Origin: Eledone cirrhosa
Lineage: Eukaryota
Reading direction: 5' to 3'
Length of the DNA: 64,000 nt
NCBI GenBank assembly: GCA_964016885.1
Contig: OZ024741.1
Location: 78,244,001-78,308,000, forward strand
In this document: positions 25,739-40,800 of the stretch, one piece after another
Layout: every line of letters begins with the position of its first letter
Numbering within the stretch: position 1 is the stretch's first letter
Position numbers and translations under genes: made by a program
The notes under the pieces: model-generated
The model's input: the letters and a program-made list of their open reading frames with translations, nothing else
The model's database searches: none
What the model was told of the DNA's origin: nothing

Positions 25739-28700
25739 AAATACAAAGTAAAACCTACTACAGTCAGTAGGCATCTCTAACAAAATACACCCCCGTCCCA
25801 CCACCCCCACCCCATCCACACCGCCCCCTTCTATGTAAAGTTATGTTGGTGCCACACCATCCAGGCCGAAACAAATGAGATCGTGTAGGTGTCACGACAA
25901 AAAAACACACAGTCCACGCTGTAATGTGGCCGTGTAGGCAACACGGTAAAAACCTCCCAGACCCACACTGTAAATGTGGTTGGTGTTAGGAAGGGCATCC
26001 AACTGTAGAAAACCCGCCAGACAGTCCTATGCGAGCAAGACAATCACTCTTGCCTCAAGTGGGAAAACCCCCGTCCAAACCCATGCAAGCGTGGAACACG
26101 GACGTTAAACGATGATGATGATGATGATGATGATGATATGTGTGTGTGTGTGTATTATATGTGTATAACAATGTACCAGTGTAATGGTGTTTGCATATTT
26201 GTTCTCATCCACATCTGACACTTTATCTTTGTTCTTATATACTGTCAATTCCTTCCCTATCTTCTCAGTATTTTAACCTGTCATCTGTAATTCATGGTTG
26301 TTTGAGGTATTGTACTTATCTATTTTCCTATCCTCCCTCCTCACAATTGTGGATGTTTGAGGGGTGTATCTACCTTTCAGTCCATTTTCTTTTACCCTTC
26401 TTTGTTAGATAACCTCTTTGACTTAACACCTTCTCATACCCCTCTCACTCTCAGGTGAAGAGCCAAAATGATGAAATGTTATATCCTACAATCCTTATGG
26501 CAAATAAACTTTATATTAACTGATTTCTCCAGATGCAGACCATCACCATTTTCATTGTATTCCAAATTTTATCTTATTTGAATATTATGTTAATGAAACC
26601 ATTTTATATTATTATATTAACAAATTTGGAATTTTTGTACACAAGCTTAAAATTTTAATAGCTTATCAAACTGGTTATTAACATTTTGAGAGATTAGCAA
26701 TCTGGTTATTAAAATTTTGGGAGATTAGCAATCTGGTTATTAAAATTTTCATAATTTGCCAACAGCTGGTTATTAAACTTTTCACAAGTTAGCAAACTAG
26801 TTATAAAAATGTTGAGAGCTGCTAATGCCCTTGATAACTGATTTTCACCTCAGCCCCCACTCGTCCTTCCTCTTTTATCTCCTCTCTTCTTTCTCTCCTA
26901 CTGTCACTCAACTTTTCTTTCTCACACAACCCCTTCCTCTTTCCAACTCATTCCCTCTTTTCTTTTCTCTCTCACTTTCATTCTTCTTTTCTCTCTTTTT
27001 CACTCAACTCTCCTTTTTTATAACCCATTTTCAATCACAGTCATTCTTTTTATTTATTTTTATCTCTTTCTCTCTCACTTTCAATTCCATGCCTTTCTCA
27101 TTCTCTCACTTTGAATTCCCCTCTTTCCTTTTCTTTCTCTCTTCCTCACATTTTCTTTTTATTTTGTCTTTCACACACATACACAATGTTGTTCTCTCTC
27201 TAATTTCTTTTACTATCCACTCCATATATTTTGTCAAATTATCATACAACAGCAGTCATATATCTGCTCTATAATTACCTCTTTCAGCCAAGCGGGCCGT
27301 CTTATGGCCATTTTCTGGCCATGTCCACTCTTGCGAATCTTATGGAAGCGCGACAGTAAATCGCCTGGTGGGACATCCAAATCAAGTGTCTTGCCTTCCT
27401 CCTTTGCAACCTTGAACTCATTCGCTTGTTGTTTAACTTCTGTAATAATACAACAGTAGTCTACATGTACTCCTCTATATCAATCAGCAATGATTATGGA
27501 GGCATGTTAATGTTTCTGTTACCATATTTTTAATGAAAAACTCAGTTTATGATTTTTTAATAATTTTGAAAATAATCAAATATTTAGAAGGATTTAATAT
27601 AGCTAGCTTTCTCATTATTAATATGGTGTTTGGAACATAAAGGTTTATGATGGAAGGTTTCAAGATAAATGTAAACATTTTAAAATAAACCACTTTTATC
27701 ATAGAACCAATGTAATTAAAGCAATTTAAATATAACTGACAGTGTTTCTATTTCTTAAACAAAAAAATGGTTAAAAAATGATAAAATAAGTAAATAAAAT
27801 ATGTGAAATTACCTTCATACAGGTTTTTATTGCATTCATCACATACCCGACTGGGTTTGTAGTCCAGATACAAGAGAGGGGCTTTGTTGTTGGAACAGTT
27901 CCCACATGTAACCTACAGCAAAATAAATCAAAAATTTTCATCAGCATCATCCCCATTATTGTTGTAATAATCATTATAGATACAGTATGGCCAAATGGTT
28001 AAGAAGTTTGATTCATAATCATTAGGTTCTGAGTCTGATCCCACAGCATGGCATTCTTGGCTAAATGTCATTTATCATAGCCTTGAGCCAGTCCATACAT
28101 TGTGAGTGAAATTGGGTAGATGGGAACTGTTTGGAAGCCTGTCAGATGAACTGTACCTATAATTCAAACGGCCAGCCTTGTCACACACTGTGTCATGCTG
28201 AATCTTCTCAGCTATTAAAGGTACATGTCTGGAGAATTCTCAGCCACTTACACATTAGTTTCATGAGCAGGCTGTTACATTGATTGAGCAACTGGAACAC
28301 TCATCTTTGAAAATGACGGAGGCTTCATGATGTGTGCACTGTTACATTGAAGAACTATAACACACAGCATTGGAATTGACAGAGGACTATTATAATCATT
28401 ATCATTGTAATCATTAATGTAATGATAATTTCTGATTTAGGCACAAGGCCAACAAATTAGGAAGTTGGGGAGTAAGTCGTTTAAATCAACCTCAGTGCAT
28501 TACTGGTGTTTTATTTTATTGACCCCATAAGGACGACAGGCAAAGTTAACCTCGCCAGTATTTGATTTCAGAACGTAAAGAGCCATAACTCTATGCTGCA
28601 AAGCATGTTGCCTGACACTCTACCGATCCACTACCCCGATCATCAATCTAATAATGATTTCTACGCTCAAGACCAACAATGCCAGTACTTGACTAGTACT

Positions 28701-31700
28701 ATATTTTATCAACCTCAAAAGGATGAAAGGCAAAATTGACTTTGGCAGTATTTGAACTCAGAATGTATTTGAACTCTAAATTTAGAATGTAACTAAATGC
28801 TGATAGGTATTCAGTCTGATACTCAACCATTATTGTAACTCAAACAACCTTAATGGTTACAAATATAGGCATAAGGTTACATATCCCAATGGTATAGTGA
28901 TTTATATCACCCCCACCACCACCACCTTGTACTTAATTTTATCAACTCTGAAAGAATGAAGGAAAAAACAGCTTTGGTAGGATTTTAACTCAGTGGAAGG
29001 AAAACGCAGTAGAGGAAGACCACGGAAAACATGGGTGGAGGTGGTGAGAGCAGACCTCAGATTGCTGAAGCTCATAGAGGAGATGACGAAGGACCGTGAC
29101 AAATAGAGAGATGCTGTGCTGAAGAGGACCTGTCCCAGCCTTGCAAGCAAGGAAAAGCAGACATAAAATGATGATGATGAATGTAAAAAGGCAATTAACT
29201 ACCAAAAGATGTTTGAACCAGCCTTTTACCAATTATATTAACTGACACACTCGACTAACTTTAATAATGTAAATAATTCACATTGATAATGTTTAGATAA
29301 GGAAGAATTTACCATTTTTTTTATAGAGTTGATATGTCTCATACACAATAATAGCTTTTCCACACTTTATTCTTTTACAGGTGTCAGCCATTGGTCTGTC
29401 TTCAAGGGATTAGTCAATTATATCAATACCAATACTTTTTCATGTTAATTATTTTATTGACCTCATGAAGAGGAAAAGCAAGGTTTATTTGGACATGGTT
29501 GGAACACAGAAAGTAAAAGTAACAGATTCATACAACAAGGTATTTTATCTGATGCTCTACCAATTCTGCAAATCTACCATCTCAAAAGACATTTTTTTTA
29601 AGGACTTAGAGGAGGAAGAGCAGCTCCCATGACATTTTATAGAGCTTCTGTGAGTGACAGGGGGTGAGTGATGGAGGAAAATGATGAAGGCACCATAATT
29701 GACAGGATGTATGTGACTGATGGAAGAAAAATGAGGAAAGAACCACAATAGACAGGAGTTTTGTGAGTGACAGGGGGTGAATGATGGAGGAGAGTGAAGA
29801 AGGAAGGAAAATTGGCAGAACTTTTGTGGGAAGTGAGTAAGGAAGGTACTACAATTGACAGGACTGTAGGAAGTGAGTGAGGAAAGTACTATAATTGGCA
29901 GGACATCTGTGAGAGACAGAAGAAAAATGAAGAAGAAACCACAATTGGAAACAGTGCATCAAAATATCAAGTTATCTCCAAACCTATCAGTGGTAGATTT
30001 ATTCTGTCATCAACACCACCACTTAAGTTTTTGAGTGTTTTTAGAAGAGTTTTTAGAAGTATTTGAAATGATATTAAGGAGAATGATAATATTTAGTATT
30101 GTATTGTTTGTATCTTTTGGGTATTGTATGTATCAACAGAGGTCACCAATATAGCAGCAAGCAATAGTAACCAGTTTAGAAGTAAGATAAAATAATGTCG
30201 ACGACAATATGTAGTTTGTTGTAACAATAAATGTAATTTATTAACAAAGATTGAGGTGGTTAGAGCTGGCATGCCAAAACAAATGAAACAAACAGAATTA
30301 AGGTTTCAGAAGGCACGGTCCACTGGCTGAAGTGTTAGCCAGGCCGTAGTTACACTGTTGTATTACATATTAGTTAATGTTTGCAGAGGAAAAGAAGAAT
30401 TGGTGTTTATCTTACCACAGTTGAAGCACAAAGAGGATAAGTTTATTAAAAGTCGCGGGGAAAGTCTCGGTTTGGGCAGAAATTGAAAATACATATCTGT
30501 GCGCGGATGGATAATGATTGGCCTAACTTAGCCAAATCATGCACGGGCAGGGTATCAATGCACCAAAGGAAAGTAGCTTGCTACAAGTTCACTCTGGTGA
30601 AAGCAATCGGATGAGGTGTCCAGTTTAAATATAACTTTTCCTCTCTCTGCCACCAGGCTCAGAAGCTATGAAAAGGGTCATGGAGATACTATCCTTCTTT
30701 TCTGATTAAATCATAAAAAAAAAATCAGTAATGATGAAATAGAAACAAGCAGATAATAGCTGATACTCACTCTTCCACAGGAACGACAGTGATGACGTCT
30801 CCACGTAACAGTGAATTCACAGGTACACAGCATACACATCGTTACTCTGGCATCAGGTACCCACAGTGGTGCTTTTGAACCTAACACAAACCCCTTTTCC
30901 AGTGACTGTAATAGTAGAAGAAAAAGCAACACTTAGTTAAATATAATTGTTGTCATTAAAACCATCACCAGTTTCTTCAGATTTTGGATTTTGCCTTCTT
31001 TATATATAGTTTGCTTGACTAAATAAATATTTAATGTCTGTCTTCCCTTCTGGCAAGGGGGGTAGGGGGTGGGGTGGGGGATCTTCACAGATCAAGTCAG
31101 TACTCAAGCAGAGCTACAGACTTCTCAGATGGACTGAGGGCCTACATCCTGCTTATATACTTTTCTGCACTAGAGAGGTTGTCATGTCTTTGAGAGAACT
31201 GGAGAGTTTTTCTAACTCTTTGTTTGGCAAACTTTCTATAGTTGGATGCCCTTCCTATAACCAACCACTTTACAAAGTGTACTGGGTGTTTATCATATAG
31301 ATCAACATTAGGGAGGTTGTCATGTCTTTGATACAGCTGCAGAGCTACCAAGAGGTTATAACTGGAGTGTCAGGGTTTCAGGGGTTGGGGGCACATGGAC
31401 CCTGGATAAAATGGAAGAGGGTAGGTGGTGATCCTAGAGGTATACAGTAATGCTGAGATTAGCTACTACAGGGGCAAAGGTGGTGGTTTGTGGGGGAGCT
31501 TGAGAGTACTCTTCAGTTGTGTGAAAGATATGACAACTAGTGCTGGTGCCATAAAATCCATTCAGTAGAGCACCAAATCATATGTAAGAGAGATGTGGAC
31601 CCTGATTTGTCAGAGCAATCAATAAAGTATGGGAATATATGTAACCAAGATGCAAACCCCCTTGGCCCATCTAAAAGGTCAGTAACTCTGCTTGAGTCCT

Positions 31701-34700
31701 GACTGGTCTGTGACAACATATCCAACCCTTACTGGCAGGGAAAATGAAGAAGCAATTTAAATGAATCAATAACACTCCTGAAGATGAGACTGTGAATGTC
31801 TGGAAATGTTGAAACTGGAATGTCCAGGAAGAGCAACTACTTCTCCTCATCAAGACATCACAGCTTTGGTACTATAGACATGGATAGTTGAGTGAAGTGA
31901 AACCAAGCCAAAATCAGTTGAACAAGACATGGCATTGCTCACAACAGGACAACTCATCTAACCCATGCTAGTGTGGAAAAATGGACGTTAAACAGTGATG
32001 ATAATGATGATACAATAAACAATACTTACAAGTACTTGGGTTCGATTAATTTCAAAAGAGTTCCTTTTCAAAGTGTTGTCTTCAATTGCTTTAGATATGG
32101 CATCAATCCATTCGTCTCGCTCGGCAGATGTGCTGAAGAGAAATAGATATTAGAAAAGGAACAAAATAAATAAGGTAGATATGTTATTGCTGTTGCTGTT
32201 AACTAGCGTCAGGTGAGCCTTGATCGAGTAGACAATTGATCAAAGGCATTCTAGCTGTAACAGTCCTGTCCTTTTTAACAGTATCTAGGATTACATTATC
32301 TATCTGTGTCCTTCCCATTTTTAAGCTGGTAGGTGTGATCTTTGATGGAGATTTAATTAATACATTTAGCAGATTGATTGACTATGCAGAACATCTCTAG
32401 TAATGGGGAACTGGGCAGTGGATGTGTGAGTGTGTGTGTGTGAGACAGAGAAAAACATTTATCAATATGACACTCACTTTGCACAAACTGTGAATGATCG
32501 TTGGATACTGATAATGTTGAATTCATTTTTAAAGTCATCTAATGGTGGTTTTTTCACCTGAAAATAAAGAAAGACTTAATTGGTATGTGATAAAAACATG
32601 AAACACAGTAGAAGAAGCAACAATAACAAAAACAGCAGTAGTAGCAATAACAGTAACACAATAGCAGAAACATTCATTCAACCTGTTAGAAATAGCAGTG
32701 AAATTTCCTTCAAATTACATCCTCTTATTGTCTTAACAAAGGAAAGACAAATTGAAAAATGAACTCCTAGGTATACAAGCAAGGGAGGTTGGTTACAGTT
32801 GAAATGCTTTTGATTACATGTTTGCTCAATCAGAGTAGATCTATAACTAAACAACAACAATAAAAATAACAACAGCAGTTGCCACAACAGTAAGGACAAC
32901 GGCAGCATAATAAACTGCCTCAGAAAGGAACTTTCCAGATGCAAATATATGACCAACTTCAACTGACAGACATGGACTACATCTCTCAGTCAACTATATC
33001 TCTCCCCACGATTCACCGTCATATATCATATGTTATTTATTCTCACAGACACACAATTAGTTTTTAAACTTAATATGGAAAATAGGTGTTAAATGGTGAC
33101 GATGAACAATTATTCAAGCTGAAGAAGAATTTACTGTAAACTTACCTTCATTCCTGCCAATGGTAGAACATTGATGAGTTTGTAGCCACCCGGTACAGGT
33201 GTAGTATACAAAAGTGTGTCATTGAACTGAGTGAGAAATCAAAAGAAAATCCAGTTTACAAATATATTCTTTAATAAAATCATAATATATAAATATTTTA
33301 ATATTAACCTTATATTTAGAAGAGGTGTAGTGGAAAAGAATGTTATCACTAGTTTGGAAATTTCTAGTTTGTATCTAGTCTGCCACTACTATGTACAGGG
33401 TGGTCCGAAAGTCTTGTCACCCCTTGTCACATATTGTTTTAACTTTCATTATTTTTTGTTTTAAGGGCGGTGGATTGGCAGTGTCGGTAGAGGGTCGGAC
33501 GCCATGCTTTGACGTATAGAGTTACGGCCCTTGCCATTCTGAGTTCAAATCCCGCCGAGGTTAACTTTGCCTTTCATCCTTACGGGGTCGATAAAATAAA
33601 GTACCAGTAATGTACTGGGTAATTACTGGCCTTGTGCCAAAAATAGAAACAATTATTTTTTTGTTTTAATAATATAATATATAATATCATTAACTATAAT
33701 ATATAATAATAATAATATAATTTTCTATTTCAGATGGCTGATACTAGCTCCTACAGTTTGGAAGAGAGGCTGCTTGCAAGTGTATGGACACATGATCGTG
33801 TGCATTCTGGCAAGAGCATGGAGGATGTGCGAGATGACTTCACTGCAAGATTCGGCAAACCAGCTCCTCCGAAGATGACAATACTGCGATGGGAACATAA
33901 ACTGTTTCTCATTACTTTTTGGTAGGGGGTGACAAGACTTTCGGACCACCCTGTACTCATATAGAAATCAGAAAGACATGAGGATTATCAGAGTTTATAG
34001 TGATTGAAACATAGTGTAAAATAGAATGGTAGATAGTAGAATTGCTACCTGGCAAAATATGATTTATGGTATTTAGTAACATTCTTTTATGTTCTGAGAT
34101 AAAATCTTGTGATAAAGAAGTACCAATAACATTTTGAGTTTGATTTAATTAGCTATATTTCCACGCTATTAAAAATAGAAAATTTTGGCTTCTATATGTC
34201 AGTATCCCATAGTAAGTAAGCATTGTTAATAATGGATAAAAAGCCTGAAATACAGAACTGTTACATGGGTGCTGAAGTAACTGAGATATAATTACAGCAA
34301 AACTATTATACATAAACATTGTATATGAGTTCATATAGCCTTTACTCCACTAAATGCTGAACTATTTATGTTGATTCATATATGCATTTACATTATATAT
34401 ATATATAATGTTTTGTTTTTATCCTAATCTAATTAGTATAATCCATTAAAAGGGTGACTGAATTGTAGACTTGTTGCTGAAGGGATAAAAACAAACAGAA
34501 AGGAGAGTCACCCAACAAGTAGTAGTAAAAATAATATGGAAATTATTGTGTAAAGTGCTCAGGTGCACTACAACTCGTCAAAGGTGCATGTATAGTACAT
34601 AGAATAATATACAAATGTCAGGGAAGTGAATAGTGTATGAGTCATGATATACATGTGTGTATGTGTATGGAGGGAGAACATTAGGTGTAGTGTTGGCGAA

Positions 34701-37018
34701 TCTCGGGAAGCATGGAGGTTTTAAAGGATGCAGTGTCTCGACAGCTAACAACCGATGCAGGTAGTTTGTTCCATGCTTCAGCAACTCTGAGCATGAAAAT
34801 ATGTTTCCGAAAGTCATATGATTAAGTTTTTAATGTAACATCAATATCCTCCCTTCCATTTCTCTGGAAAAACAAATATATGATATAAAAAGAAACCATA
34901 AGAACAAATAATGAAAAATGAAATGATAAAAACAACAATGAGGACTCACCAAAATGAACACTCTGGGCTGCATCTCTTTCCTAGAGAGTTTCTGTAACTC
35001 TCCCAACTTAATCAATTCCTGTAACAAATATCAATACATTTAATAAGAGACCTTTACACTACTAGAGATACAATATGCAAATATATGTTAAACAAGGAAT
35101 AACTGAATTTGTAGTGTTGTTAGAGTGCTCTCTGAGTTCAAATCCTACCAAAGTCAACTTTACTTTTTATCCTTCCTGGGTCGATAAAATAAAGTACCAG
35201 TCAAGAGTGGTAACTGGCAGATTATAAGATCTGGATCTTTGCATTCTGAGTTCAAATTCAGCTGTGCTTTACTTGGGTGGTAGACTAAATCTGTCGCCCA
35301 GTTTACCACTTCACCCTTGGATGCTTTAGTGGAATTCACTCTGTTGTAAGTATTCAAGCTGATCTCTTGATTGAGGATACTTTCTTCCCGCCCTCCCATA
35401 AGTTTTGGAGGACCCCTAAAAGGCCATAGACACCCCCCTTCCCATCCTGAATAAATAGCAAATAAAAACCCATGTTAAACAAAGAATAAGGAGTATCTAT
35501 ATTACTGCAGAGGAATAATGTTACACATAACAGCAGGGACTTGCAAGATGGTCACTTAACCTGATAGAAATAGCAGCAGCGAAATCTCTTACAAATCAGA
35601 TCTTAGATAAAGAAAGGGCACATTAGATAATACAGTTAGTCTTGGATTAGATAACACCTAAAAAGTCAAAATGGCCATAGTTGTAATGCCTTTGGTTATA
35701 GACCTACTCGCTCAAAGTTAATCTGGGGCTAAAACAACAACAACAAGAAGAGTACTTCATAATAGAAATACTTTAGCATCTGATTCTTCAACCTATTTTT
35801 TTTTAAACGGGGGCTGGCAGGGATGAGAATTTTTCTTTTAAACTGTGTACAATGCTTCCAACATAGAGTTCTACTGATTGTGCAGGTAAGGGGGTATGAA
35901 TCAACTACTGATTCTAGGGGCTGGTAGTTCTACCAACTTCAACAACTATAATTCTAATTTTACTATTTTCTATCTGGTGTTCTTAACCCAGCTGCAGCTG
36001 TACTTTCACAACTCTAAACATCACAAGAAATATAGAAGCAATGTTTAAATCAAGGTACTTACCCGACCTGGGTATATCACATCAAAATTTCCAATCAGAG
36101 CATACTGGATATCCATTAGTTTCTGGACATGGTCCTGTTAATAAAGAAATGTATAATATACATGAAAGGTGTGTGTATGTGTATATATATATATATATAT
36201 ATATAAAATGAAGTTTTGGTTGTTGTGGAAGAGGATAATAAACATGACAAATACCAATAATTCTGGTTGAATATATATCTTTACTTCACTTCAGGAAACA
36301 GGACAAAAACTATGATTACTTTGAATCGTAAATATAAATTTTGATTATAGTATTCACAAATGAATATAGTGTTCAATAAGGTTTCTGTGTTGTGCAGGAG
36401 TCTCTTTGTTTACCATGGGATGTTCCATTAAAAAGGGACAAGTTGTAGTCAGACAGTATGTACCAGCAGATGTAGTAGTAAACTCTATTATGGTGAGGTT
36501 GTGTTGTACAAGCTCAGTGACAGTGAACTCTGTTGTCTAGGAAAAGAGGCAGATGACTAATTGTTAGGACCCAGGACAGTCGATTTATAATGACGGCTAG
36601 TTATTTTTGATAGATAACAGATGATCCAAAGATATGTTCTCCTTCCTAGGAATGGTGCCGTAAATCCTACCCCCAGGAGAATTTATCTATTGTCTTCTCT
36701 GCAAAGTTGCAGGTCACTTACTTCGTGGCTGTGTCAGTAAATAAAAAGAGAACACTGTGAGAAAATATTTCTTTTGCAACATATTATATATCCAGAGGCT
36801 TTGGAATGAGCAATATTATAATTCCTTAGTCATATAGTTTGTAAGGAATACTGAAGTCACAACTTTACTGGATAGTGATACTTTGGAAGAATATGCAGGC
36901 ATTCCTGGGTACCTCTGCTATAAAAAGTAGTATAAGTGAGATTTTTGTGTGGTAGCTTACAAGATCTGTTAGAAATAGCAGTCAAATTTCCTTCAAATGC
37001 TACCCCTACTGTCTCATG

Positions 37019-37049
<31 letters not shown>

Positions 37050-37848
37050 TAGGATTGGTGCTCTGAAATAGCAATCTATACATGAATGTATGTATAGTAT
37101 ATTTGGCAATATACCATATGTTTAATTAAAAACATTTTGAAGACCTTGCGCTATCATTTTAAAGTAGTGACTATGTCACTTACTTCTTTTTCGGCAATGA
37201 AGGGGGAGAAGCTGACAGATTCTGTTTCACACTGTTGGTGTTCCTCAGAGTAATATACCCCCCCCCCCCTGCCGGAAATTATAGAGGCTGGATTCTTATA
37301 GAATTCCAGTAATAATCAGGAACTGATTGTACAGAGCGATTGCCGGTTCAGCAAAAATTAAAAATTAGGATTGGTGCTCTGAAATAGCGATGTATACATG
37401 AATGTATGTATAGTAATAATCAGTTCGTGATTATTACTGGAATTCTATAAGAATCCAACCTCTATAATTTTCGGCAGAGGCAGGGAGTATGTTGCTCTGA
37501 GGAACACCAACAGAATCTGTCAGCTTCTCTCCCTTCATTGCCGAAAAAAGAAGTAAGTGACATAGTCACTACTTTAAAATGATAGCGCAAGGTCTTCAAA
37601 ATGTTTTTAATTAAACATACGGTATATTGCCAAATATACTATACATACATTCATGTATATATATGTATGTATGTATAAAACAAAAAGGATAGTTTGGTAC
37701 CAGTGATGTTGCAACACATTGTTTTCCAGCTGAGTGAACTGGAGCAATGTGAAATAAAGTGTATTGTACAGTCCAGGAATTAAACTCATAATTTCATGAT
37801 TTTGAATCCAACACTCTAGCTACTAAGCCACATGCCTTCACATAGAGA

Positions 37849-37884
<36 letters not shown>

Positions 37885-40800
37885 CTTACACCTTGTCGAA
37901 TTCTTTCATTTGCATGTTCGGAGACCTTGCTTACAATATCTAGAGCAGCTGAAAGATAAAATAAGAACTATGAATATTTATTGAATATTAATATTGAACG
38001 GAGAATATTGATTTTTTTAATTTTTTTTTTGTTAATTAGTTATAAGTAATTTTATCCAAAAATGAGAAACCAGCTCCTAACAGTTACTAATAATTCTACA
38101 AAGTTCAAGTGAAACCAACAATGGAATACTGCTCCCACATAGGGAATGGTGCTACTACTTCTACTGTTGCTGTCACTGTCACTACCATAACTGTAGCCGC
38201 CGCTGCCGTCACCACCACCACCACCACTGGCGTCACTACTACTACTACTACCCACGTAGACCTTCTAGATCACATCCAAATAATCTATATTATAATAAGA
38301 GTGCAGTCTGCCCGTCCATCACGCTCACTTTATATACTGCTTCAGGATTGTTTCTTATTTCATCAAACATGTCTTGGTTCTGAGCATCATTAGGTAATGC
38401 ATTATTCATTACTTCTATAGACGCGTAATCATGCCCTTTGTAAACATATTCAAAGAGGTACTTGATGCTTTTTACAGAAGAACAAACTTCAACATTAATA
38501 TGTGCACAATATTTCTTAAGAAAAAGGGTATTAAATGGCACAGCATTCCTATTATCTACTGAATGTCATCCAATTTGCACTGCAGTTCCTGTCTTACGTT
38601 TCCTGTACTCTGGATATCCCTTTAGGTTCAATAATGTTTCTCTCTGTAGGTTTTTGGATAGTTCTTTCGGCAAAATCCATTTTGCATACATGGGGGAAAA
38701 GGGTTTCCAGACTCACATGGATCATAAACTTTTTAACCTGCTCGTATAGTACCAGATCATCTTTCAATGCAGGCATTTCTGCTGACATGATTCTGTCAAT
38801 GTTTTCTCTGTTCTATCTTGTCTTTATTTCTTATGATCAACATATGGCAATGAGAAAGTCTTCTTTTTTGGAACTCAATGATGTAAATATGAGCCACCGG
38901 CATACCAAGAATGTGTCTTTCTGAGATATCTTTCATAATTTCAGAAAGCTGAGCCTTAAAAACCCAGGTAACTAAATCTGATCTGTTTTCTGCTGATTCA
39001 TTTCTATTTAAATTATTTTGAATATCAGGGCATTTAGGGTTACATGTATAAGTTATAAAATATCTGGTTTGCCATATTTGGCAACAATTGTTATAGCATC
39101 CTGAAAGTACTGCTGCATGTTTCTTGGGCTGCCAATGAAGGATGATGGCAAAATAACTGGCACTCCATCTCACTGCTATAATCTGTTCCTCTCTTTAGAT
39201 AATCCATTAATTCATTATACTCATCCACTCGCAATTCGGCTTGATTGTTCCTCAAGTATTGGACCCTGCATCCCTCTACTTTCACATACTTCTGAAATAA
39301 TTTGCCTGCCCTATGTATCATACTGAATCCTCCTCTATATGCTATACTTCTGCATTGTCAGCCTATTGCAGATGCGAGTCCTACGTTCTTCCGCATGCTG
39401 CATGCCACCACACTAACCAAATTCACCATGTGGAAACAATGGGTAGGTCATAGTGTCTAAGTGGCATGAAGCATATGGTATTTTCTGAGGGAAGTGGTAT
39501 TTAGGGTAGATGACAATGTCTTTGCGTACAAATGGTGCACCCTCTATCCCCCCAAAAAAAACAAAGGCTATTTCTTTGTTAGTTAGTAAATTGTAGGGTC
39601 CCATATTTGATCCTCTGGTAAATCTTAATTCACAGTTCTGTATGGGACAATTTTCTCTTCTTGCCTTTTGCTGTTCTTGTTCTATGGTGTGCATTGTTTT
39701 GTACACTTCGACATATGGATTACATTCATGCAACACCTCACTTATCATAATCATTGTTTGTGGTGTGCAGTCATTATTTTGTGGTGCTGCATGGCTTCAT
39801 TTATGTCAATAATATATAGCTGGCCATATTGTGGGGACAGAGGTGTGGTATTGTGATATGTTTGACCCTGAATACGAAAGCAATAAGGGACTCTGCCAGG
39901 TGGTAAGGCAAGTTTAACACCAAATGAAGCAAAAGAAAATGCACAGTTGTAAATGGAGATATTCCTGCAAAATGCAACTGCTTCCTGGCCTCCTTCAAAG
40001 AGATTTCTCAGTCTCTCAGAGTATATTTGCAATGGAAGCAGTACAACAGTTATAATTCTCATTTCTAAATTTCAAAGCTCCACAATGATCGCATGGAACA
40101 TTCATATCACCAATATGAAATTCTTCTACGTTGCCATTAATATTAATTGCTGGGCAATTTCTCCTACATCACTCATTATGCATTCTATTCTGTCTGAAAT
40201 TCAGTAGTTCTTCAGCATTCATGTTTTCTATTCTAAGTCTATGTGTATCTCTCTGCTGCTCAAGATAATGTGCTTGTTCATTCTTATGCATGTGATCTCT
40301 TTCTTGTAGCCTAAACCAATCATGCTGTAAATGTAATGCACGATCCCCTGGGACCATATCATCTCTTCTTTCTTGTTGTCTGAGTATTTGTTTCTCCAGA
40401 TATTCTTGACATTTATCTTGAAGCATATTTTCTCTTCTTTTCTGTTGTCTTAATCTAGCTTTCTCTAAAATGAAATGCCTCTGTTCTTCATGTCTCAGTT
40501 GTTGCCATCTTCTTTCTCTTTCTATTATTTCTGTGCATCCTTTCTTGAACAGCTTGCAACTGTCTTTTTTGGTGTAGAAAGAATAAAGCCATTTTATTAA
40601 GGTGCTTCTTTGTGCAAATAAATGTATGTAAAAAATTTCTTAATATAGATATATTAAGCATATGTATGAACTTTTAAGGTAAAGGGTAAATGTATATTTG
40701 TATATATACCTTGCAACTGCAGTCATTATATATATATATCTTCTTACACTCACATACAAACATATACTAACATAGACATACATTCACACAAACACATACA

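Noticed and set aside
26825-27274. 149-aa Phe/Ser/Leu-rich ORF resembling a membrane protein
   Set aside because: CT-rich low-complexity intron sequence antisense to FGD6.
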